From Clostridiaceae bacterium UBA6085 (lineage in GTDB: Bacteria; Bacillota; Clostridia; Clostridiales; Clostridiaceae), in contig DIXH01000025.1 of assembly GCA_002428605.1 (NCBI GenBank), forward strand, positions 16,598-80,597: a DNA stretch of 64,000 nt, given 5' to 3'. Every line of letters begins with the position of its first letter. Within the stretch, counting starts at the first letter, position 1. Made by a program: the position numbers and the translations under genes. The notes under the pieces are model-generated. The model was not told where the DNA came from, ran no database searches, and saw only the letters and a program-made list of their open reading frames with translations. This document shows positions 9,105 through 18,793 of this stretch, in pieces.

Positions 9105-10265
9105 CTAGGCATTCTCAGACGTGGTCTGAGGTTTGTTCAAGATCCTTCCGATATAGAACTTAATCACGATCGGCAGTATTATGACAAATACCGAGATGTA
9201 ACCAAGAGTTCCGTAGCCCTTCGCTATGAGAGGGATAAGGCCGAACTGTGCGATGGACCAGGTTATCATTACATAAATTGCGGATACGATTATGCTCCTG
9301 TTCCTTTCCTTGGCCTTAAAGGCAGCTTCATTGTCATTTTTGCCCATGAGTATGACGACCCTCTGGGTTATTCCGTATATGAGGTTGACGCCTGTTGAAA
9401 CGGCTCCAAGAAGTATGAGAACTGAAATCAGCGGTACCATCCATTCTGCTCCGACACCGTTTCTGATTACTGTAAGCGCAGGTACGGACTCAGTGAGTAT
9501 TCCGTCATTCAAGAATATGAGGAGACCGAGAACTGTCATTACAAGCATGGATGCATTGAGTACGAAGCCAATGACTGAAGCCTTCATTATATCCTTCTTG
9601 TCTTCAAGTGCACTTGAATGCGCAATGTAAGCTCCGATAACTACAGACTGGAAGCCGGCATACTTCAGGGTTGTCCAGAGTGCATCAAAGAGTCCGAGAC
9701 CGGAAGCAGTTGGTGCTGCTGACAGTGCAGACAGGTTTTCAGCAATTTTCGGAAAACCTGCAATTATATTTGGTATGTAGATTATGAACATACCCGCAAT
9801 TATTGCAATTGCTATAACGCTTGCAGCCCTTCTTACAAATTTAGCACCAAATATAGTGAGAAGAAGAAGTGCGGCAGCTATTAGAGCAGTGTTGAACAGA
9901 TAGCTTGTACCGAAAACCGACTTCATGGTAGCGCCGCCTGTTGCGAATGCAACAGCTGTAGCTGTTATGAGGGTCAGGTTATAGAGCAGCTCGTATACAT
10001 TCGACATTACCTTTTCGACAGGCTTGTAGAACTTGTCAGTCCAGACCCTGTAATAGAAGGCCTTGTTCTCAAACGCATACATCCAGGCTGCATAGAGCAC
10101 TATGGCAATTACTGCCTGAGAAATTATGGGCATTATGATTGCGTATTTTCCATATCTTACGAAATATTCTACGACCTGTCTTCCAGAAGCGAAGCCTCCG
10201 CCGAAGTGTGTGGTGAACCACAGGAATGCCAGTGAAAGGTAGATCTTCTCAGTTGATTTCTTCAT
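9105..10265 (-). CDS. YkvI-like membrane transporter
   Basis: FGGGFASGRQ N-terminal motif, about 10 TM, C-terminal GLIPLIAKGYGTLGY. Confidence 0.75.
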   Translation of the reverse strand: MKKSTEKIYLSLAFLWFTTHFGGGFASGRQVVEYFVRYGKYAIIMPIISQAVIAIVLYAAWMYAFENKAFYYRVWTDKFYKPVEKVMSNVYELLYNLTLITATAVAFATGGATMKSVFGTSYLFNTALIAAALLLLTIFGAKFVRRAASVIAIAIIAGMFIIYIPNIIAGFPKIAENLSALSAAPTASGLGLFDALWTTLKYAGFQSVVIGAYIAHSSALEDKKDIMKASVIGFVLNASMLVMTVLGLLIFLNDGILTESVPALTVIRNGVGAEWMVPLISVLILLGAVSTGVNLIYGITQRVVILMGKNDNEAAFKAKERNRSIIVSAIYVMITWSIAQFGLIPLIAKGYGTLGYISVFVIILPIVIKFYIGRILNKPQTTSENA

Positions 10266-11299
10266 TTGTTTTCCCCCCTGCCTAATAAGTTTGCAACAAC
10301 GTCTGAAGATGAGGAAGCAGCCTTTTCTTTCTTTATCCTTTCGATAAGCAGAGGGATTACCTCGTAGATATCGCCAACTATCCCATAGTCCGCCACATTG
10401 AATATGGGGGCGGAAGGATCTGAATTGATAGCTATGATCACTTCTGAATCCATCATGCCGGCAAGATGCTGAGGTGCCCCTGAAATTCCGCAGGCGATAT
10501 ACACCTTTGGCTTGACCCTGTTGCCGCTATATCCTACCTGATGCTCCCTTGGTATGAAGCCAGCCTCTACCATCGGTCTTGAGGATCCCACCGAGCCACC
10601 TAAAAGTACAGCCAGCTCCTCCAGCATCCTGAAGTCCTCAGGACTCTTCAGAGCTGATCCGCCGGATACAACAACCTCAGCGCTTGAAATGTCAAAGCCG
10701 CTTGATTCAAGCTCCTTTATGAACTCAAGTGAAGGATTCTTCGAGCCGCACTCCTTAAGTCGGACTATCTCTCCAGTCCTTCCCGGTACTCTTTCAGCCT
10801 CATCGAATTCCTTGTACCTGACAGTAGCCATCTGAGGCATGGTATCAGAAAGGATCTGGGCCAGTATGTTCTCGGAGAAGGCCGGCCGTATCTGCACCAG
10901 GTGACCGTCATCATCAACATCGAGGTCAGTACAGTCAGCTGTGAGGCCTGTCTTCAGTCCGGCAGCAACCCTTGGTGCTACTGACCTTCCGAGGGATGTG
11001 GCTCCAACAAGGAATACTTCAGGTCTGATCTCATTTGCAAGTCCTATGAGATTCTCAGCGAACACATATTCATCAGGCAAAGAAAATGCAGCTTCATCCT
11101 CAACCACGAAGACCTTGTCCGCACCTCTTTCAATAAGTTCTTCGCAGGACATGCCAAAAGGACCCAGCACTGCAGCATACAGTTCTGAGCCTAGCTTGTC
11201 CGCGATCTTTCTTCCAACACCAAGGAGCTCGAAGCCTACCTTGTGCAGCTTTCCATTCTTTTGCTCCGCAAAAACGAGCACTCCCTTAGATTCCTTCAC
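10262..11299 (-). CDS. etfA: electron transfer flavoprotein alpha subunit
   Basis: GLTADCT, QVGYSG, YIACGISGAPQHLAGM and IAINSDPSAPIF. Confidence 0.95.
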   Translation of the reverse strand: MKESKGVLVFAEQKNGKLHKVGFELLGVGRKIADKLGSELYAAVLGPFGMSCEELIERGADKVFVVEDEAAFSLPDEYVFAENLIGLANEIRPEVFLVGATSLGRSVAPRVAAGLKTGLTADCTDLDVDDDGHLVQIRPAFSENILAQILSDTMPQMATVRYKEFDEAERVPGRTGEIVRLKECGSKNPSLEFIKELESSGFDISSAEVVVSGGSALKSPEDFRMLEELAVLLGGSVGSSRPMVEAGFIPREHQVGYSGNRVKPKVYIACGISGAPQHLAGMMDSEVIIAINSDPSAPIFNVADYGIVGDIYEVIPLLIERIKKEKAASSSSDVVANLLGRGENK

Positions 11300-12107
11300 C
11301 CTGCGTAACCTCCAAAACCTTCGTATCCTTCAAAACTTCAATCAGGGCATTAAGTGCCGCAGGTATGTCATCCCTGTAGACCGCACCTGCTCTTTCCTGT
11401 GATTCAGGGATCACTATCTTCCTGACTCTTGTTGCAGACCCCTTAAGCCCGGTCTCCTCTTCATTCAGGAAACCTTCAAGACCTTCAAGCCCTACCACCG
11501 GTATTTCCGCCTTCCTGGCCTTCATCTTGCTCTTCAGCGAAGGAAGCCTCGGTGAAGCGATATCCTTTGTGACTGTGACAAGTACAGGAAACCTGAGCTT
11601 CTTCTGGTATCTGCCGTCCCATATCCTGGTTGTGAGAGTAACAGAAGACTCATCTACCTCATCTATGCTTTCCGCATAGCCTGCATGGGGTATTCCAAGC
11701 ATCTCGGCAATTTCAGGCCCTACCTGACCGGTATCACCGTCTACAGTCTGCATCCCGGCAAGGATGAGGCTGTAAGGCCCTGTGCTCCTGATTCCCGCAG
11801 CTAGTGTCATTGCCGTAGCCTTGACATCAGAACCGCCGAATTTCCTGTCACTTAGCAGCACACCATCAGATGCGCCTCTCGCTATGGCTTCCCTTATGGC
11901 TTCCTTTGCGCTTGGCGGTCCCATGCTTATTACGAATACCTCGGCACCTGTCTTTTCAGAGATCTTGACTGCAGTCTCCAGAGCATTCAGGTCAAAGGGA
12001 TTTATCTCTGTCCCGGCTGAATTCCTGTCAATGACTCCTCGTTCCCTGTCGAACCTGACCTCTTCCATATCGGGAACCTGCTTGATCAGAACCACTATCC
12101 TATCCAC
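11286..12107 (-). CDS. etfB: electron transfer flavoprotein beta subunit
   Basis: IKQVPD, INPFDLNALE and DGDTGQVG; AGGAGG RBS before GTG 12107. Confidence 0.95.
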   Translation of the reverse strand: MDRIVVLIKQVPDMEEVRFDRERGVIDRNSAGTEINPFDLNALETAVKISEKTGAEVFVISMGPPSAKEAIREAIARGASDGVLLSDRKFGGSDVKATAMTLAAGIRSTGPYSLILAGMQTVDGDTGQVGPEIAEMLGIPHAGYAESIDEVDESSVTLTTRIWDGRYQKKLRFPVLVTVTKDIASPRLPSLKSKMKARKAEIPVVGLEGLEGFLNEEETGLKGSATRVRKIVIPESQERAGAVYRDDIPAALNALIEVLKDTKVLEVTQGEGI

Positions 12108-12309
12108 TACGTATCCTCCTATTCGATTTCTGCAGGTCATTATTCAATTATCATATTGCCACCTGAAGCAGTACAGGAATTATCAAAATTCCATAATAGA
12201 TACATTTCCTGTAACAATATGTTTAAATTTAACTTTAGCAAACTTTTGACGCCATAACAAGCATATGTGACAAAATTGTTAATAATCAGTGAAGATAACC
12301 GGTATGCAG

Positions 12310-12360
12310 ACAAAAAAACAGCATGCTGCTCAGACTTTCATCATCTCACAGCGTGCTGTT
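12310..12360 (-). terminator. putative intrinsic terminator
   Basis: AACAGCATGCTG...CAGCGTGCTGTT with an A-run on the left. Confidence 0.55.
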
Positions 12361-12367
12361 CATGGTG

Positions 12368-12823
12368 TCACTTCACAGATATCCTGATCACTGTCAGAAG
12401 CTCAGACTCAGGTGTATCTCCTGGACTGTTAAGGTAGGTCTCATAGTATGCTCCTGCTGGTGACAGGTCATGACTCTCCATCCACTTCATCATTTCGCCA
12501 TAGGTCTCGGAGAATTTTGAATAAGGGCCCTTGTGTAGGCACTCTACCGCAGTGTATGCCCTTACGAAGGAGCCGTGTATTGCTCCCTGACCTGGCAGGG
12601 GTGATACGACCGGGAATCCGATCTCTATGTCCAGGTCGTTCATCTCATTGTTGTAGTAGGCTGCATAAGGAGGGCCTGCAGGTGATTCTCCGAGGTACTC
12701 GAGATACGTAGCTATCTTCATGAACCCGTCGCTTATAACTTCCTTCAGTCCCTCAAGGCTTGTACGTCTTCTCATCATGAGCACTGGGAATTCCTCTATT
12801 TCCTTCAATGAAATCTCAGCCAT
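12368..12823 (-). CDS. GyrI-like small-molecule-binding domain protein
   Basis: GPPYAAYY, HKGPY and YETYLNSP motifs; GGAGG RBS before ATG 12823. Confidence 0.85.
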   Translation of the reverse strand: MAEISLKEIEEFPVLMMRRRTSLEGLKEVISDGFMKIATYLEYLGESPAGPPYAAYYNNEMNDLDIEIGFPVVSPLPGQGAIHGSFVRAYTAVECLHKGPYSKFSETYGEMMKWMESHDLSPAGAYYETYLNSPGDTPESELLTVIRISVK

Positions 12824-13000
12824 AATAGCACCTCCATTTTTTGGGATTGCTTCCCTAACTGAATTATAGTACAGAACTTTGAAATAATGATGAACACCAA
12901 GTGGGGAATACTGGAGCAAACTGTCCAAAAAACTTTGAAATGGTATTTATTACGATGTATATTATTAACAGACGGTTTTAGAAGGATTGGAGTGAAGCCC

Positions 13001-13999
13001 ATGGAGAAGTTAAGGAAAGTAATAGGTTACAGGACACTGAAGACTGCGGTTGGAGCAGCGATAGCCGTGTTCATATCACAGCTCATCGGTCTGAGCTACG
13101 CCGCAAATTCAGGAATAATTGTAATACTTAGCGTTCAGAGCACGAAGAAGAAATCGAGGGACCTTGCCCTGCAGAGGCTTCTTGCAACGATTCTGGCATT
13201 AACTACGGGGACTGTGGTATTCTCGATTTTGGGATTCACTGCATTGTCATTCGGTGTCTATCTTCTGGTATTCATACCAATTGCAGTACGGTTTAAATTC
13301 CATGATGCAATAGTTCCATGCTCGGTCCTTGTTTCACATATACTATCAGTAAAGTCTGTTGCACCAAACTGGCTTCTGAATGAGTTCATGCAGATGGTAA
13401 TAGGCGCCGGAGTAGGGCTTGTTATGAACATGCACATACCAAGCGTTGAAGGCAAGCTGTGTGAAGACATAACCCTAATCGAAGAGGCCATCAAGAAAGT
13501 ACTGAAGGATATGGCAGATTGTCTGAGAAAGCCGCTTGAGATGAAACTGGAGGAAAGCTATCTGGTAAATCTTGGGTCAGCCCTTGGAGAAGGAAGGGAA
13601 AGGTCGCTTATAGAGGCATCAAACCACCCAGGCGGTGAGGTAACATATTTCATGAGATACATGGACATGCGGAACAGCCAGTATGAGCTACTGAAGCACA
13701 TGGGAAAGTATGTAAAACGAGTGAAATTCATAAACGAACAATCCGAAATGGCGGCTAAGCTTACAGATTATGTGGCAGCTCAGGTAAGCGAGCCAAATAC
13801 CAAAGCTGCTGCCCTAACTGGGCTTGAGGAATACAGGGAAATATTCAGGACAATGGAGCTTCCAAAAACAAGGGAGGAGTTCGAGAACAGGGCGTCTCTC
13901 TATGAGTACGTGAACGACTTGGAGAATCTCATTAACGTGAAAAGGAGCTTTGTGGCATCGCTTACGGAAAGCGAGAGACAGAAGTTCGGGAAAAGGTAA
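13001..13999 (+). CDS. aromatic acid exporter family protein (ArAE_1/YqjA-like)
   Basis: IGYRTLKTAVG, GIIVILSVQSTKK and LPKTREEFENRA. Confidence 0.85.
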   Translation: MEKLRKVIGYRTLKTAVGAAIAVFISQLIGLSYAANSGIIVILSVQSTKKKSRDLALQRLLATILALTTGTVVFSILGFTALSFGVYLLVFIPIAVRFKFHDAIVPCSVLVSHILSVKSVAPNWLLNEFMQMVIGAGVGLVMNMHIPSVEGKLCEDITLIEEAIKKVLKDMADCLRKPLEMKLEESYLVNLGSALGEGRERSLIEASNHPGGEVTYFMRYMDMRNSQYELLKHMGKYVKRVKFINEQSEMAAKLTDYVAAQVSEPNTKAAALTGLEEYREIFRTMELPKTREEFENRASLYEYVNDLENLINVKRSFVASLTESERQKFGKR

Positions 14000-14040
14000 G
14001 AGACACTGCGGTATATGCATAGGGCACGGGAGGTTCATCA

Positions 14041-15375
14041 GTGGTTATTGATACATGGATCAGGTCGGTCTTCGATTCGCTATATGATGGAATATTGATA
14101 ATCGGGAAGGATGAAGACGTCAAGTATGTCAATGCATCCTATACGAGGATAACCGGTGTAAAAGAAGAGGATATCGTGGGGAAAAAGCTCAGGGAAGTAA
14201 GGCAAGGTGCAAGGCTTCCCAATGTGCTTCTTACCAGAAAGCCAATAGTAGGAGCGCTCCGCGAGGAGAATGGAATTGATTATGTTGTGAACATGTCTCC
14301 GATTCTTTCGAAGGGTGAAGTGGTCGGTGCGATTTCCATAGTCAGCACCATAGACGATGCTCTGGACCTGTCACAGACTCTGAACAGGTACCAGTCAAAG
14401 ATCGCAAAGCTTGAAGGAAGGATGAAGGCCATACAGAGGGCGAGATATACCATGGATGACATGGTTGCCGCAGACCCCAAGTCCAGGGAGCTCAAGAAGC
14501 TGCTTGTCAGGATATCAAAAAAGGATACCACCATACTTCTGACAGGGGAAAGCGGTACAGGAAAGGAAATGGCAGCACAGGCGATCCATAACGCATCCGA
14601 CAGGGCGGGTGGACCCTTCATCGCAGTTAACTGCGCATCCTTCAGTGGCAACCTGCTTGAGAGCGAGCTGTTCGGCTATGAGGAGGGCTCCTTCACCGGA
14701 GCCAGGAAGGATGGCAAGCTTGGCCTTTTCGAGGCGGCAGACGGAGGGACCATATTCCTTGATGAGATAGCTGAAATCGGAGCTGAGGTTCAGGCGAAGC
14801 TCCTCCGTACACTTCAGGAGAAGACAGTAAGGAGGATCGGAGGAATAAGGGAGATCTCTGTCGACGTTAGGGTGATCGCCGCTACGAACAAGGACCTTGA
14901 AGCCATGGTTTCCTCCGGGACCTTCAGGGAGGACCTTTTCTACAGGCTGTCTGTATTTCCTGTGATTCTGCCGCCCCTCAGGGAGAGGAGGGAGGACATC
15001 ATCCCTCTCGCTGAAGGCTTCCTCCTTCAGCACAAGAATGACCTGAAGAGTGACATAATCCTCGGCGACGATGCCAGAAAGATGCTGTTATCATACAGAT
15101 GGCCTGGAAACATAAGGGAGCTCAGGAATTCGATTGAATTTGCAGTCAACATGATGGAGAATGACATCATCGCAGGCAGAAATCTTCCGGTAAGGATCCA
15201 GGCATCTATGGAAGCTGAATTCAAGGCTGAAAGCCTGTCAGAGATGGTAAGGAAATTCGAGAGGGAAGAGATCATGAAGCTTCTTGACCTCCACGGACAT
15301 TCTCTGGAGGGAAAGAAAAAGGTGGCTGAAATTCTTGGGATATCCCTTGCAAGCCTGTACAGCAAGATAAAGTAG
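14041..15375 (+). CDS. sigma-54-dependent enhancer-binding protein (PAS-AAA+-HTH)
   Basis: [36 protein letters not shown] and a C-terminal Fis-type HTH. Confidence 0.95.
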   Translation: MVIDTWIRSVFDSLYDGILIIGKDEDVKYVNASYTRITGVKEEDIVGKKLREVRQGARLPNVLLTRKPIVGALREENGIDYVVNMSPILSKGEVVGAISIVSTIDDALDLSQTLNRYQSKIAKLEGRMKAIQRARYTMDDMVAADPKSRELKKLLVRISKKDTTILLTGESGTGKEMAAQAIHNASDRAGGPFIAVNCASFSGNLLESELFGYEEGSFTGARKDGKLGLFEAADGGTIFLDEIAEIGAEVQAKLLRTLQEKTVRRIGGIREISVDVRVIAATNKDLEAMVSSGTFREDLFYRLSVFPVILPPLRERREDIIPLAEGFLLQHKNDLKSDIILGDDARKMLLSYRWPGNIRELRNSIEFAVNMMENDIIAGRNLPVRIQASMEAEFKAESLSEMVRKFEREEIMKLLDLHGHSLEGKKKVAEILGISLASLYSKIK

Positions 15376-15407
15376 ATTGCCCGGATCATCCTAACGGATA
15401 TCCGGGT

Positions 15408-15523
15408 TTCCAATATTCTGGAACTTTATGAATTAATTCCAAAATATTGGAACGAACTGTATAATAACGATTTCATGGCATAAGATTTAACAATAAGCGG
15501 TAACTAATTCCAAAATTTTGGAA
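15408..15523. promoter_or_regulatory. three palindromic upstream activator sequences TTCCAA-N4-(T/C)TGGAA
   Basis: TTCCAATATTCTGGAA 15408-15423, TTCCAAAATATTGGAA 15437-15452 and TTCCAAAATTTTGGAA 15508-15523. Confidence 0.75.
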
Positions 15524-15586
15524 ATGTTAATATTGACAAGTAACAGTAAATGATTGATTTACAATGGTTTTAAAGCTTTGGAAGAA

Positions 15587-15603
15587 TTGGCATGATAATT
15601 GCT
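15587..15603 (+). promoter_or_regulatory. sigma-54 (-24/-12) promoter
   Basis: TTGGCATGATAATTGCT matches TGGCA-N6-TTGC, about 35 bp upstream of the CitMHS start. Confidence 0.9.
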
Positions 15604-15639
15604 TAACATAAAGTGAAATAATTATTCAGGAGGAATCTT

Positions 15640-16938
15640 ATGTTAGCATTTCTTGGTTTGGCAACGGTACTGTTATTACTTGTTCTGGTAATGACGAAAA
15701 AGGCTACCCCTGTAGTAGCGCTCATCGCGGTGCCTACGTTCACCGCATTGATCGCAGGGTCAGGCCTTAAGGTCGGGACGTTCATCACCAACGGTATCAA
15801 GACCATTGCGCCTACAGGCGTCATGTTCATCTTCGCAATACTTTTCTTCGGTATCTTAAGCGATGCCGGAACATTCAATCCGATAATAAACAAGATACTC
15901 AAGGTCGTAGGTAAGAATCCGGCGAAGATAACAATCGGAACAGCAATTCTTGCCATGATCGTACACCTTGACGGGTCAGGAGCAGTAACGTTCCTCGTTA
16001 CAATTCCTGCAATGCTTCCTCTTTATGATGCACTTGGAATGAAGAGGTCAGTGCTCGCTACTGTAACTGCGCTCGCAGCAGGAACCATGAACATAGTTCC
16101 CTGGGGCGGACCGACACTTAGGGCTGCAACGGCGCTGAATGTGGAAATCACAAAGCTGTTCAATCCGGTTCTTGTACCCATGCTCTCAGGTATTGCATTT
16201 GTCCTTTTTGTTGCATACTATCTTGGAAACAAGGAGAAAAAGAGACTTGGAAACCTCGAGACAGATGATGCATCTTTTCATGAGGTTGAAGTTGATGCGG
16301 AAAAGGAGAAGCTCTTGAGGCCAAGACTTTTCGTGTTCAACATACTGCTTATCATTGCTGCGATTGCCGTGATGATATCAGCAAAGCTGCCTCCCCAGGT
16401 AGTGTTCATGTTCGCATTCTGCATAGCGCTCATAGTCAACTATCCAAAGGTCTCAGACCAGAGGTCAAGGGTAGATGCACATGCGAAGGAAGCACTTATG
16501 ATGGCGAGCGTCCTGTTCGCTGCCGGCGCATTCACCGGGATCATGAAGGATTCGGGAATGATAACTGCAATGTCAGAGCTTATGGTATCCATGATACCGC
16601 AGTCACTCGGCAAGCTAATACCGCTTGTAACAGGAATAGTTGCAATGCCTCTTAGCCTCATATTCGATCCTGACTCATACTACTTCGGTGTAATGCCTGT
16701 AATAGCAAACGCGGCATCACAGTTCGGAGTCGATCCTGTAATGGTCGGAAGAGCTTCAATACTCGGACAGATGACGACAGGATTCCCGATAAGCCCGCTT
16801 ACTGCAGCTACATTCCTTTTGACAGGACTTACTGGAGTGGACCTTGGAGAGCATCAGAAGAACACCATACCATGGGCATTTGCTGGTACGATAATAATGC
16901 TGGTTGTAGCACTTTTAATGGGTGTAATAGCCATATAG
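15640..16938 (+). CDS. CitMHS-family carboxylate transporter
   Basis: HLDGSGAVTFL, MNIVPWGGPTLRA, AAGAFTGI and DSYYFGVMP. Confidence 0.9.
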   Translation: MLAFLGLATVLLLLVLVMTKKATPVVALIAVPTFTALIAGSGLKVGTFITNGIKTIAPTGVMFIFAILFFGILSDAGTFNPIINKILKVVGKNPAKITIGTAILAMIVHLDGSGAVTFLVTIPAMLPLYDALGMKRSVLATVTALAAGTMNIVPWGGPTLRAATALNVEITKLFNPVLVPMLSGIAFVLFVAYYLGNKEKKRLGNLETDDASFHEVEVDAEKEKLLRPRLFVFNILLIIAAIAVMISAKLPPQVVFMFAFCIALIVNYPKVSDQRSRVDAHAKEALMMASVLFAAGAFTGIMKDSGMITAMSELMVSMIPQSLGKLIPLVTGIVAMPLSLIFDPDSYYFGVMPVIANAASQFGVDPVMVGRASILGQMTTGFPISPLTAATFLLTGLTGVDLGEHQKNTIPWAFAGTIIMLVVALLMGVIAI

Positions 16939-16956
16939 GCAATACGGAGGAAAAAT

Positions 16957-18303
16957 ATGAAGAAGTTAAGGATAGGAAGCGGGGCAGGCTATGCAGGCGA
17001 CAGGCTTGAGCCGGCTCTGGTACTAATGGAGAAGGGTGAAATCGACTATATCGGATTCGAGTGCCTTGCTGAGAGGACAATAGCAATAGCTCAGCAGGAG
17101 AAGCTGAAGAATCCGGATAAGGGTTACAATGCTCTTCTTGAGATGAGGATGGAAAAGGTGCTTCCTCTTGCCTATAAGAACAAGGTAAAGGTGATCACCA
17201 ACATGGGCGCTGCAAATCCTGATGGGGCAGCCAGGGTAGTCGCTAAGATGGCTGAGGACATGGGCCTTAAGGGAATGAAGATCGCCAGCGTAAGCGGAGA
17301 TGATGTGCTTGGGATGCTCGGGAAATATCAGGATACGACTGTCTGGGAGACGGGAGAGCCGCTCAGAGATCTTGACGGTGAAGTGGTATCTGCCAATGCA
17401 TACCTTGGAATTGAAGGGATCGTCGAAGCCCTGGCAAACGGGGCTGATGTCATAATCACAGGAAGGGTTGCAGACCCTGCGCTTTTCCTTGCACCGCTTG
17501 TACATGAATTCGGCTGGAAGACAGACTCATGGGACCTTCTTGGAAAGGGAACTCTTGTAGGACACCTGCTTGAATGCGGCGGCCAGGTAACCGGAGGCTA
17601 CTATGCTGACCCTGGCAAGAAAGACGTCCCTAACCTTTCAGAGCTTGGATTCCCTATAATCGAGGTTGATGAAGCAGGAGAATTCATAGTTACCAAGGTA
17701 GAGGGAACAGGTGGCCTTGTAACAAGGGACACATGCGCTGAGCAGATGATATACGAGATACATGATCCTGAGAAGTACCTTACACCTGACGTGGTTGCGG
17801 ATTTCTCGAAGGTATCCTTTGAGAACCCAGCCAAGGATGTGGTAAGGGCGACTGGAGCATCAGGAAGCAAGAAGACTGAGACACTCAAGGTGAGCATCGG
17901 ATACAGGGATTGCTTCACAGGTGAGGGTGAAATCAGCTACGGCGGACCTGGCTGCTATGAGAGGGCAGTCCTAGCAGGGCAGATAGTCGAGGAAAGGCTT
18001 AAGCTCAGGCAGATCCCGGTGGATGAGCTCAGGATTGAGATAATTGGAGTGAACGCACTCTACAGGAATCAGGACAGAGTCCTTGGACAGTCTCCTGATG
18101 AAGTAAGGCTTAGAGTTGCGGCAAGGACAAAGAAACTCTCCGATGCAAAGAAGATCGGCGAAGAAGTCGAGACCCTTTATACCAACGGACCTGCTGGAGG
18201 CGGCGGAGCCACCAAGTCATCAGCAGAAATAGTTTCCGTAGCCTCAATCCTCATCTCCAGAGACGATGTGGACGTATGCGTGAAGTATCAGGAGGTGAAA
18301 TGA
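16957..18303 (+). CDS. AtuA/DUF1446-family protein
   Basis: GAGYAGDR, FECLAERT, ITGRVADPALF, GHLLECGGQVTGG and YLTPDVVADF. Confidence 0.9.
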   Translation: MKKLRIGSGAGYAGDRLEPALVLMEKGEIDYIGFECLAERTIAIAQQEKLKNPDKGYNALLEMRMEKVLPLAYKNKVKVITNMGAANPDGAARVVAKMAEDMGLKGMKIASVSGDDVLGMLGKYQDTTVWETGEPLRDLDGEVVSANAYLGIEGIVEALANGADVIITGRVADPALFLAPLVHEFGWKTDSWDLLGKGTLVGHLLECGGQVTGGYYADPGKKDVPNLSELGFPIIEVDEAGEFIVTKVEGTGGLVTRDTCAEQMIYEIHDPEKYLTPDVVADFSKVSFENPAKDVVRATGASGSKKTETLKVSIGYRDCFTGEGEISYGGPGCYERAVLAGQIVEERLKLRQIPVDELRIEIIGVNALYRNQDRVLGQSPDEVRLRVAARTKKLSDAKKIGEEVETLYTNGPAGGGGATKSSAEIVSVASILISRDDVDVCVKYQEVK

Positions 18304-18602
18304 TGAAGCTTTGGGAGATTGCACACTCAAGGACAGGAGACAAGGGGAACATATCAAACATTTCCCTTATTGCATATGACATGAAGGATTTCGAGCTTAT
18401 CAGGGAGAAGGTGACCCCTGATAAGGTAAAGGACTTCTTCAAGGATATCGTGAAGGGTGAGGTTGTAAGGTACGAGCTGCCAAATGTCGGCGCTCTGAAT
18501 TTCGTTATGTACGATGCACTTGGAGGCGGTGTAACAAGGTCGCTGTCCCTGGACAAGCACGGCAAGAGCCTCAGTTCCTACATACTTGAAATGGAAATAT
18601 AG
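18300..18602 (+). CDS. small AtuA-related ferredoxin-fold protein
   Basis: AHSRTGDKGN and LGGGVTRSLSLDKHGKSLS; ATGA overlap with the upstream gene. Confidence 0.85.
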   Translation: MMKLWEIAHSRTGDKGNISNISLIAYDMKDFELIREKVTPDKVKDFFKDIVKGEVVRYELPNVGALNFVMYDALGGGVTRSLSLDKHGKSLSSYILEMEI

Positions 18603-18615
18603 TACAGTTTTTTTG

Positions 18616-18645
18616 GGCGGATGTGAAAGCATCCGCCTTAGCCTT
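18616..18645. terminator. hairpin after the AtuA operon
   Basis: GGCGGATG-TGAAAG-CATCCGCC. Confidence 0.55.
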
Positions 18646-18793
18646 TGCATGCAATATTCTCTTCTTGAAAAACTGTCGAATACAGACTATGTAACCATAT
18701 CTTAATTCATTTTTAACACTCCATGAGCTATAATATAGTTGTTGTGATTAAGGCTTAAAGCAGGGCTATGTTATTTTGCAGTTTGGAGGAGCC

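Noticed and set aside
12150..12300. Rex operator upstream of the etf operon
   Set aside because: Only half-site matches (TTGTTAA, TGTGA) in AT-rich DNA, with no properly spaced palindrome
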